This document shows, in pieces, positions 44,965 to 53,756 of a stretch of 64,000 bases of DNA. The DNA is from Candidatus Melainabacteria bacterium (GTDB taxonomy: Bacteria; Cyanobacteriota; Vampirovibrionia; Gastranaerophilales; Gastranaerophilaceae). Every line of letters starts with the position of its first letter. Within the stretch, counting starts at the first letter, position 1. The position numbers and the translations under genes were made by a program. The stretch covers positions 22,518-86,517 of the forward strand of contig QHME01000006.1 of assembly GCA_003258735.1 (NCBI GenBank), in the 5' to 3' direction. Below the pieces are notes generated by a model. It did not search any database. It saw only the letters and a program-made list of their open reading frames with translations, and was not told the origin of the DNA.

Positions 44965-45592
44965 AGTCAATTCCGGTCAAGTGAATATGGATAAGGATGC
45001 TCAGATACTTAATTCTGCGATTGAGTCTGGGGCTGATGAGCCTGTCTTTAGGTTGTATGGTTGGAATCCTCCTTGTATTTCTCTTGGTCGAAACCAAAGA
45101 GATGATTTTTTAGATATGGATTTTCTAAAAAATCATAATATCGATGTTGTGCGTAGATTGACAGGTGGGCGTGCATTGCTTCACGACAACGAAATTACAT
45201 ATAGCTTTGTCTGTCCTGAAACATATCTTGAAAATGGTCAGCATGTAGTTTCTTCTTATAAAGAAATTTCACAAATTTTGATAGATAAATTTAGGCTATT
45301 GGGAATAGAACTTGACTTTGGAACAGCAAAAGCTGTAAAAACAGGGTTTGATTATTGTATGCTTATTTCAACAGGTGCTGATTTGTGTTACAAAAATAAA
45401 AAACTCATTGGTTCTGCACAGTGCCGAAAAAATGGCTATATCCTGCAGCATGGTTCAATCCTTTATGATTATGATAGAACTTTATTAGAACAAATTTTTA
45501 AAGAAGATATTGATTGTGGGGATATTACGACAATTAAAGAAATTAATTCAAAATTGACAAAAGAAGAAATTATTGAGATACTAAGTACATAA
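44942..45592 (+). CDS. lipoate-protein ligase / octanoyltransferase family (BPL_LplA_LipB catalytic domain)
   Basis: Start at the ATG 44942 (GGAG 6 nt upstream). ...RLYGWNPPCISLGRNQ...RRLTGGRALLHDNEITYSF...KLIGSAQCRKNGYILQHGSILYD matches the LplA/LipM catalytic domain, including the Lys in KLIGSAQ. Confidence 0.65.
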   Translation: MTVYLPYRVNSGQVNMDKDAQILNSAIESGADEPVFRLYGWNPPCISLGRNQRDDFLDMDFLKNHNIDVVRRLTGGRALLHDNEITYSFVCPETYLENGQHVVSSYKEISQILIDKFRLLGIELDFGTAKAVKTGFDYCMLISTGADLCYKNKKLIGSAQCRKNGYILQHGSILYDYDRTLLEQIFKEDIDCGDITTIKEINSKLTKEEIIEILST

Positions 45593-45611
45593 ATTAATAT
45601 AGGGGTCTTAG

Positions 45612-46367
45612 ATGAAAAAACGAAATGGTGTAACACAAACACAGACTTTGTTAATCATGGGCATTGTTTTTTTATTTTTGTTTGCTTGTCTAGCTGTGCC
45701 TTTTTACAATTCTTATAAACAGAAAAAGGCTTTGTCTCACTTGATGAAAGTTTATGCAACCCTGATTCAGGCAAATAGAAATTATGCCTATGTCACTGGC
45801 TCTAATTTGGATGAATATGATACGACATTGCCGATTAACACGTTTGCGGAAACCTATTTTACGCCATATTTTGAAATTCAATCTTACTGCAAAGGTAGTC
45901 AAAGTGACTGTTGGGATTCCCCTCAATATACGGATTTGAAGAAAAATAAATTTTTTAATAAATCTTTGTATAGTATTATTTTGCCTGACAAAACAGTTAT
46001 TGGTTTTAGTAAAAATAAACAGCATTTAGTTACTGCAATTATTGATGTAGATGGCCCTGTAGGTGAAAATAAACTAGGTAAAGATGTTTTTGTAATGTAT
46101 TTTTATAACAATTTACAAAGACCGGATATTTGTGATAAAGAAGTTTATGAAAAATACAAAATCAAAAATGGTATACATTTAGGGGGATTTGATAAATGCG
46201 GAATTCCACAAGATGTGTATGATTACAATCAATTAAGCAGTAAAAATTTTGAAGATGGGTGTAATAAATCTTCTTCCAAAAATGTATATGGAAATGGTGT
46301 TGGTTCTGCTTGTCTAGCCTTTATAAAAGCATCCAATTGGACTATTGATAAAAAATACCCTTGGTAG
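45612..46367 (+). CDS. prepilin-type N-terminal domain protein, paralog of 40133..40837
   Basis: 251 aa. N-terminal hydrophobic prepilin-like segment TQTLLIMGIVFLFLFACLAV. The C-terminal GNGVGSACLAFIKASNWTIDKKYPW is shared with the other pilin-like gene. Confidence 0.6.
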   Translation: MKKRNGVTQTQTLLIMGIVFLFLFACLAVPFYNSYKQKKALSHLMKVYATLIQANRNYAYVTGSNLDEYDTTLPINTFAETYFTPYFEIQSYCKGSQSDCWDSPQYTDLKKNKFFNKSLYSIILPDKTVIGFSKNKQHLVTAIIDVDGPVGENKLGKDVFVMYFYNNLQRPDICDKEVYEKYKIKNGIHLGGFDKCGIPQDVYDYNQLSSKNFEDGCNKSSSKNVYGNGVGSACLAFIKASNWTIDKKYPW

Positions 46368-46407
46368 TATAATTGGCTTATTAAGACAGATTAGGGATTT
46401 TAGTAAG

Positions 46408-47406
46408 ATGAAAAAAAGTTTAAAAGCAATGGTAATGGCAGCTGGAATGGGGTCTCGATTAGAACCTTTGACCTTATCTGTACCAAAACCGCTTATTCCT
46501 GTAATGAATCAACCGTTGATGGATATTATTCTTACTCAGTTGAGTGAACTTGGGGTGAAAGATGTAATTTCTAACACTTATTATCTTGCTGATAAAATTA
46601 TTGAAAGATACCAAAAGAATAATCTAGGTGTTAATTTTAATTATATCAAAGAGACTGCTCTGTCAGGTACTGCCGGTGGAGTGAAGAAATGTCAAGATTT
46701 CTTTAATAAAGGGGAAGATTTCATTGTTATGTCAGGTGATATTTTGACAAACGCTGAAATTGAAGAAGGTATAAAAATTCATAAAGAATCCGGTGCAATT
46801 GCAACAATAGGTGTAAAACAAGTTCCACATGAACTGGTTTCTCACTTTGGAGTTGTTGTAACTGATGGAAATGGTTATATCAAAGAATTTCAAGAAAAAC
46901 CATCGCTTGCAGAGGCAAAAAGCAATTTAATTAATACAGGAATTTATATATTTAATTACAAAATTTTTGACTATATTCCTGAAAATACATTTTATGATTT
47001 TGCAAAAAATGTTTTCCCTCAATTGTTAAAAGATGGTCAGATTAATACTTTCGAGGTGAACGGTTATTGGAATGATATTGGAACAATAGAACAATACAAA
47101 CAATCTATGCAGGATATTTTTAATGGCAAATGCAAAATCAAGATGTCAAAAATTATTGAAACAAATTTAGGTTCTTATATAAAAGGAGATTCTAAAATTC
47201 CTTCAACTGTTAGATTTATGGGCAATTCTGTTATCGGTAACAATTGTAAGCTTGGTGAATATATTATGCTAGATAATTGCATTGTCTTAGATAATGCCGA
47301 AGTTCCAATGGGGACAGAGCTTTGCAATTGTATAATTATGCCAGCATCAATAGAGCTACAAAATCATCGTGCAAAAGTTCAAGATAAGAACATTATTACA
47401 GTATAA
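46408..47406 (+). CDS. sugar-1-phosphate nucleotidyltransferase with C-terminal left-handed beta-helix
   Basis: Start at the ATG 46408. MKKSLKAMVMAAGMGSRLEPLT matches the NTP_transferase G-x-G-T-R-L motif; the C-terminal third has hexapeptide repeats (NSVIGNNCKLGEYIMLDNCIVLDNAEV). Confidence 0.7.
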   Translation: MKKSLKAMVMAAGMGSRLEPLTLSVPKPLIPVMNQPLMDIILTQLSELGVKDVISNTYYLADKIIERYQKNNLGVNFNYIKETALSGTAGGVKKCQDFFNKGEDFIVMSGDILTNAEIEEGIKIHKESGAIATIGVKQVPHELVSHFGVVVTDGNGYIKEFQEKPSLAEAKSNLINTGIYIFNYKIFDYIPENTFYDFAKNVFPQLLKDGQINTFEVNGYWNDIGTIEQYKQSMQDIFNGKCKIKMSKIIETNLGSYIKGDSKIPSTVRFMGNSVIGNNCKLGEYIMLDNCIVLDNAEVPMGTELCNCIIMPASIELQNHRAKVQDKNIITV

Positions 47407-47467
47407 TTAAAAACTTGATTTTTTGAAATTTTGATGATAAATTTATTAAAGAAGTTATACCGTTGTT

Positions 47468-47539
<72 letters not shown>

Positions 47540-47546
47540 TTAAAAT

Positions 47547-47574
47547 AACCTCCAGTAATGGAGGTTATTTTTTT
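47547..47574 (+). terminator. rho-independent terminator of tRNA-Met
   Basis: AACCTCCA-GTAA-TGGAGGTT followed by ATTTTTTTTA. Confidence 0.8.
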
Positions 47575-47797
47575 ATTCAAAATCTGTCAATTTATTAAAT
47601 CCAACATCTAATGCATCAGCAATTGCAAATAATTTTTTAAGACTAATATTTTTCTGCCCATTTTCGACTCTTGTTATATATTCTCTTGATAAATCAACCA
47701 TTTCAGCGAGTTTCTCTTGAGAAATATTTTTAGACTTTCGATAATATGAAATGTTTTTACCTAATAATTTTAGTCTTGGTATGTGACCTATTTTGCC
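47574..47797 (-). pseudogene. N-terminally truncated XRE-family HTH regulator gene (integration scar next to tRNA-Met)
   Basis: Reverse-strand frame encodes ...GKNISYYRKSKNISQEKLAEMVDLSREYITRVENGQKNISLKKLFAIADALDVGFNKLTDFE*, a complete HTH_3 motif. The frame is bounded upstream by TAG at 47798..47800, with no ATG/GTG/TTG start before the HTH (the first ATG is internal, at 47701). Confidence 0.5.
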
Positions 47798-48074
47798 CTA
47801 AAGTTATAACCATGTCAGTGACCTATTTGTCCGAGTGGTAAATTTATATATTTTTGTTCATGATGGTTGGAATTTGGCAAAAGATTATCCTTGGTAGGAT
47901 TTTTAAGATTTTATAATGGCTGGGTGAATCTCTAAAATTTTAATAATGTAAAAAATACATTTATGTAGAGGCAAAATCAAATAACTTAGAATATTTTTGA
48001 TTTTGTGATGTTGAATTGTGCTAAGATATGAATGGGGAAATTTTTTTACTTTTTTATTAGAATGAGATTGCAAA

Positions 48075-49010
48075 ATGATAATCAATACAGGTTCAAGGAC
48101 AGATACAGTTCAATATTATTCAGATTGGCTTTTGAAAAGGTTTGAAGATGGTTTTGTTTATTCAAGAAATCCGATGTTTCCTAATAAGGTTACAAGGTAT
48201 GAATTAGACCCAAAAGTCCTTGATTGTGTTGTATTTTGTTCCAAAAATTATGAACCGATTTTAGATAGATTAACAGAAATTACGGATAAATTTAATACAT
48301 ATTTTCACTATACAATTACAGCCTATGGCAAGGATATAGAACCCAATGTCCCAACTATAGATGAAAGTATTGAAACACTAATCAAATTATCTAAAATTGT
48401 CGGCAAACAAAGGATTGCTTGGCGATATGACCCAATTCTTTTGACAGAAAAATATACTAAAAATGTACATTATGAAACTTTTGAGTATATAGCAGAAAGA
48501 CTTTCGCCTTACATTGATAGATGTATTTTTAGTTTCGTTGACATGTACAAAAAACTAAAAACAAATATGCCGGAAATTATTTTGTTGACTGACGCTGATA
48601 AAAATGAAATAGCAAAAAATATTGGAGTGATAGCGAAGAAACACAATATGATAATTCAAACTTGTGCAACAGTTGAAAATCTTGAACAATATGGGGTTTT
48701 GCAATCGGGTTGCATGACATCTGATATTTTGGGAAAGGCAAATGATATTACTTTTAAAAATTTAAGACATTCCGGCAACAGGCAAGGTTGTCGTTGTATG
48801 GAGAATCGGAATATTGGAGATTATGACACTTGTCCAAATGGTTGTAAGTATTGTTATGCCAATCAAAACCCACAAATAGCACAAGAAAACTATAAAAAAC
48901 ATAATCCAAATGATTTGATGATTTTAGGAAACCTTAAACCTACAGATGAAATCCAACAAAGCAACCAAAAATCTTTTTTAGAAAATAATGTGCAACAGAA
49001 ATTATTTTAA
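48075..49010 (+). CDS. DUF1848-like protein with C-terminal Cys cluster (C-x-C ... C-x3-C-x-Y-C-Y-A); possible Fe-S / radical-SAM-related enzyme
   Basis: 311 aa. C-terminal GNRQGCRCMENRNIGDYDTCPNGCKYCYANQNP resembles, as remembered, the DUF1848 / SPL-like CxxxCxYCY motif. No classical CxxxCxxC. Confidence 0.45.
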   Translation: MIINTGSRTDTVQYYSDWLLKRFEDGFVYSRNPMFPNKVTRYELDPKVLDCVVFCSKNYEPILDRLTEITDKFNTYFHYTITAYGKDIEPNVPTIDESIETLIKLSKIVGKQRIAWRYDPILLTEKYTKNVHYETFEYIAERLSPYIDRCIFSFVDMYKKLKTNMPEIILLTDADKNEIAKNIGVIAKKHNMIIQTCATVENLEQYGVLQSGCMTSDILGKANDITFKNLRHSGNRQGCRCMENRNIGDYDTCPNGCKYCYANQNPQIAQENYKKHNPNDLMILGNLKPTDEIQQSNQKSFLENNVQQKLF

Positions 49011-49132
49011 ACTTTATATCATTTTTTTGTTCGCTTTTTTTAACTTCATAAAATTGTTACAAGTTGCATATCCTTGCGTTTAAGTTTTAAATTTTTCATT
49101 ACCCACACATTACACACAAAAAATTTGCACTA

Positions 49133-49158
49133 AAAAAGAGACTTTTAAAAGTCTCTTT
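49133..49158. terminator. bidirectional terminator (perfect palindrome) between convergent genes
   Basis: AAAGAGACTTTT|AAAAGTCTCTTT palindrome flanked by A/T runs, between 48075..49010 (+) and 49262..50074 (-). Confidence 0.6.
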
Positions 49159-49261
49159 AAATGGTGGGGTTGAAGACGCAAGGTTCGAACTTTTTAAGAA
49201 GTATTGCGAACACTTGAATTATACCCCAGTTGCCCTAAAGATATGTAGGCTTATATCTTCA

Positions 49262-50074
49262 CTAGATATGGTAGCCCAAATATAAGATTTGCCTTAAACT
49301 TTCAACCATGTCATCAAGTATGTTTAATGTTTCAGAATTTGGCTGAACCAGAAGTTTATTGATATTTTCTTCAAAGTTATTAGGTAAAATCTGGCAATTA
49401 TCCTTTGCATATTTAACAAGCCTTTTTTCGCCCGGATGCAATAATTCATTTACTGCAAAGATAATATCAAAATAACTAGCCATAAAAGCAGAAATTCTAT
49501 GGTTAATACTGACAATATCGTTTCTGTTTATTGCTTTTTCTATTTGTTCATAATATGAAGCAAAAGGTTTATCTTTAAGCAACATCATATTTCTTTTTAT
49601 TATATTTTGTTTAAGTGCATTTGGATATTTTGTTTGTATTGAATCTTGTATAGTTTTAAGCCAATTATCCTCATCATAAATAATTTGAAAATTATTTAAA
49701 GTAAATAAAAATGCGGTTGTATAACCATTTGATGGATAATATTTAAACCAAGTATTCTCGACAATACTTTCAAACCAATTAACATTCCAGTACATAACAT
49801 CTAATTGACTATTTAATTTATCCACAAAAAATTCATCGCCTGAGCCAAAATACTCTCCACCAACTTCATATTTTGAGGAGTGTTGTTTTACGAGTTTTTC
49901 CCTGTTTTTAACTGCTATATCTTTTTCTACAAAAACGTAAACATCTATATCTGATAAATTATCAGAAGTATTGTTTGCTCCTGAGCCACCTAAAGCAACA
50001 GCTTTGACTTCAGGGAAATTTTTATATTCATCAATAATTTTATTAAAACATTCATTCATAACATCATTATACAT
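49262..50074 (-). CDS. Pol-beta superfamily nucleotidyltransferase (aminoglycoside/antibiotic adenylyltransferase-like or minimal NTase-like), unknown substrate
   Basis: 270 aa. N-terminal motif AVALGGSGANNTSDNLSDIDVYVFV fits the hG[GS]x(9-13)D.D NTase signature, with a C-terminal helical domain. Confidence 0.5.
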   Translation of the reverse strand: MYNDVMNECFNKIIDEYKNFPEVKAVALGGSGANNTSDNLSDIDVYVFVEKDIAVKNREKLVKQHSSKYEVGGEYFGSGDEFFVDKLNSQLDVMYWNVNWFESIVENTWFKYYPSNGYTTAFLFTLNNFQIIYDEDNWLKTIQDSIQTKYPNALKQNIIKRNMMLLKDKPFASYYEQIEKAINRNDIVSINHRISAFMASYFDIIFAVNELLHPGEKRLVKYAKDNCQILPNNFEENINKLLVQPNSETLNILDDMVESLRQILYLGYHI

Positions 50075-50557
50075 AAAAATCCTTAGATAGAACTAACAAA
50101 ATGTAAAAGTAGTCCCATAACAAGATATAATTAACTATGAGATGGAGATGAGTTATTCTATTAAAATTTAGTTTTAGCTATTCATATTTTTAATTTGTCG
50201 GATTTTGAACTCACTTTTATCAAGTTGTCTCATTTTCTCTTCTAAGTCCACAGTGAATATTAATGTAAACGAACACATGAAATGATTTCTTGTAACACTT
50301 GGTTTGATTATTTAGGGCAAAATTAATAAAAAAATATCAAATTTTAGAGAATAAATAAAAAGAAAAATTTATATTTTGCTTTTTATTTTATAATTATTTG
50401 TATTTTGAATAATTATATAATTTCCTAAAATTGTATTATGATTGATACACGACAAGTGTTTGTATAAGAAGACAAAAAGTAACACACAATCCTTAAAAAT
50501 TTACAATAACAAAAATTTAATATTATCATGTTAAAATGTATTGTAAGGAGTGATTAG

Positions 50558-53500
50558 GTGATTAATACAAAAGATCCAACTTCATTTATTCGCAATTTCT
50601 TAGTTAGTAGTGACATAGACTTTTTTCTTGGCTCTGGTGCATCTTTATTAGCGGGTATTCCGAGCGGACAAAATCTAGTTTGGCAATTTAAAAAAGAAAT
50701 TTATTGTTCTGAAAATAATGTTTCCAGAGAACTATTTAAAGATCTGCAATCTGAACGAAATAGAACTAAATTACAGGATTACTTTGACTCTTTAGATGGA
50801 TTCCCCAAAAGGGGTTCAAAAGAAGAATATTCGTTTTATTTTGAAAAATGTTATGATAATACTTCTGCAAGAAATGCATATATTCAAAAGCTCGTTGCAA
50901 ATGTTGAGCCCATAAGAGGACATCTTTGTCTTGCTAATTTGTTTATTAATAATCAAGTCAAAAACATCTGGACAACAAACTTTGATGAGTTAATTGAGGT
51001 AGGCATTAAAACATTATCACCTCAATATTCATTTAATGTTGTGTCTTCAATACAGAAAGAGAGTATCTCTCAAATAGCCAATAACAATTTTCAAAATGTC
51101 ATAAAATTGCATGGTGATTATAGATATGATTCCCTACAAAATACAGAACAGGAATTACAGAATTTAGAAAGCCAATTATCAGATTTATTTTGCAAGAATT
51201 TAATGAATAAAGGACTCATTGTTATAGGTTATGCAGGAAATGATGACTCTGTAATGAAAGTTCTTGAGGATAATATAGATAATAAAGATTTTTTGAGTAA
51301 AGGAATATATTGGTGCAAGCCACAAAATACAACATTATCTGAACGGGCAAATGCTTTTATGGAAATGGCTTGTCAAAACAATGAGCTGTCTTGTGTAATT
51401 GATATTGATGGTTTTGATGAATTTTTAAATTTGATATACCGAAATTATGAGCATAAAAATCCTATAATTGATGAAAGATGGAAGGATTTTGATAATAGAA
51501 AAAAAGAAATTAATTTTTCTTCAGATAAAATAGCTCAAAGTTCATTAAAAATGAACACCTTTGTCTCAACAGAATTACCTTCTTGCAATGTATTTGAAAC
51601 AGATATAAAAAATTGGAAAGAACTACGAACAATAATAGGTGGAAACAACGATATAATCGCAGGATTATTTAATGGAAAAGTATATTCTTTTTCTAATAGT
51701 GATAAACTAAAAGAAATATTTAAAGGGCATATAAACTCAGAAATCACAACAGTATTTCCTGAAACCGAATTATTAAATAAAGAGAATTTCATATATTTAG
51801 GACTGCTTTATGAATTAATAAAAATCTCATTATTGCAAAATTCAAATATAAAATCTTTTGGAAGAAATAAATACTACTTTGTAGATTCTATATTAGACCA
51901 TCAGAATAAAGCTCGTTTCACATACAAAAGATACTCTGCTTTTGAAGTTCAGTTGTCGTATTTAAATGAAAAAATTTACCTATCTATAATACCAACTATT
52001 TATTTAACTAATAAAAATGGTAGTGAAGTCAATAAATTATACAAACAAGTTGAAATAAATAGCATAATGTCAAGCATATATAATGCTGATTATGGTAAGA
52101 TTCTAAAAGATTTAAATGCATTTCTTTGGATAAAAGGTAGTAATGAAATTATATTCACAAATAGTGATTTTTCTATAAAATTTAATTTTGTATGTTTTTC
52201 ATACAAATTATTATCAGGTTCAAAATATCCACAGATATCTTCTTTTAAATTTGACGAACCTGAAATGTTATTTGATGTTAATGATATAAATCATACAAGC
52301 ATAAATCAGTTAAAAGGTTTGCAAAGGTATGCACCTATTGATTATTCTTTTGAAACTGCCGAAAAATCGCCTATTAGAATTGCTATTTTGTCTCCAAATC
52401 AACAAATAGATAATATTATAGGACATTTAAATAATCTTAATGTAAAACATTCTGCTAATACTAAAGAAATGTTTTTGCCGAATTATGAAGGATTTTATGA
52501 AATCTATAAAAGAGCTATAAATATACCTGATAAAAACAATACGCAATTATGCAGAATGTACGATGAAACTGCAACTTCCAAAGCAAACACAGCATCTTTT
52601 GTCGATAGCATAAAATCTCAAATAGATTATTTTCAAACTCAATTATCAGATTTTGATGTTTTAGTTGTATATATACCAAAATCATTTGCAAAATTCAGAG
52701 AAGATAGTGGATATGATCCCGATTTTAATTTGCACGATGCTATAAAACTATATGGAACCAATAAAGGTGTAAAAATTCAATTTATAGAGGAACGCTCTCT
52801 AACTGCTTATGATAAATGCAAAGTAATGTGGGATTTATCCACCAGTTTATATGCAAAAGCATCTGGTGTTTTGTGGCATCCCGTCGTTTTGGATGATGAG
52901 ACTGCTTTTGTTGGAATTAGTTATGCAAAATCTAACACAAAAGGTATATGTATAGGTTGTAGCCAATTATTTGATTCAACAGGAACCGGAATAAGATTAA
53001 TATTGAAAAAATTAGACGATCCTCAATACATTGGTAAAAACCCATATATGAAGCAAGACGAAGCAAGAATAACAATAAGCAAATTAAGAGAAGAGTACTA
53101 TAAATGCGATCCTGTTGGGAAGTTAAGAAGAATTGTTATACACAAAACTACTCCATTTACAGATCAAGAAATTGCCGGTTTTACCGAAGCCTTAGAAGGG
53201 ATTGAAGATATAGAATTATTACAAATTCAAGGATATTCCCCATATAGAGCCATAAAATATTTTATACAGGATGGAAAACCATACCCCAACAGTTTCCCTA
53301 TTGAGAGAGGCACTACAATAAAATTATCTAACGATAGCTTCTTACTTTGGACACATGGTTGTGTTACTGGTAACGACATAGGGAGGAATTGCAAATACAA
53401 TTCATACTATAAGGGCAGTAGAGGTATACCAATCCCTGTTTTAGTTAAAAGGTTTTATGGCAAAGCATCAGGAGATATTCTAGTAAAAGAAATTCTAATG

Positions 53501-53644
53501 CTAACTAAAATGAATTGGAATAGTGGCGATAATCTGTATAAAAATATGCCCGTAACACTAGACTTTGCAAAGACACTTTCGAGGATGTCTAAACAAAAAG
53601 AAGCACTATATAATAAATCGTACGACTTTAGATATTTTATGTAA
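50558..53644 (+). CDS. fused SIR2-APAZ-MID-PIWI protein: short prokaryotic Argonaute with N-terminal SIR2 (NADase) effector, SPARSA-like single-chain system
   Basis: 1028 aa; GTG start with an AAGGAG RBS 6 nt upstream. N-terminal SIR2_2 motifs: FFLGSGASLLAGIPSG, IWTTNFDELIE, VIKLHGDYRYD, IVIGYAGNDD. C-terminal PIWI-like blocks: DVLVVYIPK, NLHDAIKLYGTNKGVKIQFI, VMWDLSTSLYAKASGVLWH, FVGISYAK, RIVIHKTTPF, GTTIKLSNDSFLLWTHGC, GIPIPVLVKRFYGKASGDILVKEILMLTKMNWNS, PVTLDFAKTL. Catalytic Asp positions are replaced (GISYAK, IVIHKT), so the PIWI is inactive, as in short pAgos. The intervening ~400 aa (about residues 300-700) were not examined for domain content. Confidence 0.8.
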   Translation: MINTKDPTSFIRNFLVSSDIDFFLGSGASLLAGIPSGQNLVWQFKKEIYCSENNVSRELFKDLQSERNRTKLQDYFDSLDGFPKRGSKEEYSFYFEKCYDNTSARNAYIQKLVANVEPIRGHLCLANLFINNQVKNIWTTNFDELIEVGIKTLSPQYSFNVVSSIQKESISQIANNNFQNVIKLHGDYRYDSLQNTEQELQNLESQLSDLFCKNLMNKGLIVIGYAGNDDSVMKVLEDNIDNKDFLSKGIYWCKPQNTTLSERANAFMEMACQNNELSCVIDIDGFDEFLNLIYRNYEHKNPIIDERWKDFDNRKKEINFSSDKIAQSSLKMNTFVSTELPSCNVFETDIKNWKELRTIIGGNNDIIAGLFNGKVYSFSNSDKLKEIFKGHINSEITTVFPETELLNKENFIYLGLLYELIKISLLQNSNIKSFGRNKYYFVDSILDHQNKARFTYKRYSAFEVQLSYLNEKIYLSIIPTIYLTNKNGSEVNKLYKQVEINSIMSSIYNADYGKILKDLNAFLWIKGSNEIIFTNSDFSIKFNFVCFSYKLLSGSKYPQISSFKFDEPEMLFDVNDINHTSINQLKGLQRYAPIDYSFETAEKSPIRIAILSPNQQIDNIIGHLNNLNVKHSANTKEMFLPNYEGFYEIYKRAINIPDKNNTQLCRMYDETATSKANTASFVDSIKSQIDYFQTQLSDFDVLVVYIPKSFAKFREDSGYDPDFNLHDAIKLYGTNKGVKIQFIEERSLTAYDKCKVMWDLSTSLYAKASGVLWHPVVLDDETAFVGISYAKSNTKGICIGCSQLFDSTGTGIRLILKKLDDPQYIGKNPYMKQDEARITISKLREEYYKCDPVGKLRRIVIHKTTPFTDQEIAGFTEALEGIEDIELLQIQGYSPYRAIKYFIQDGKPYPNSFPIERGTTIKLSNDSFLLWTHGCVTGNDIGRNCKYNSYYKGSRGIPIPVLVKRFYGKASGDILVKEILMLTKMNWNSGDNLYKNMPVTLDFAKTLSRMSKQKEALYNKSYDFRYFM

Positions 53645-53756
53645 ATATCTTCCTCTGCTTTGTCATACATATGTGCAATAATCAAATTATATCAGGTTTG
53701 TTACACAACGATATATTACGTATTTTCATGCTAATATAGAAGGAAAAGGGATTAAA

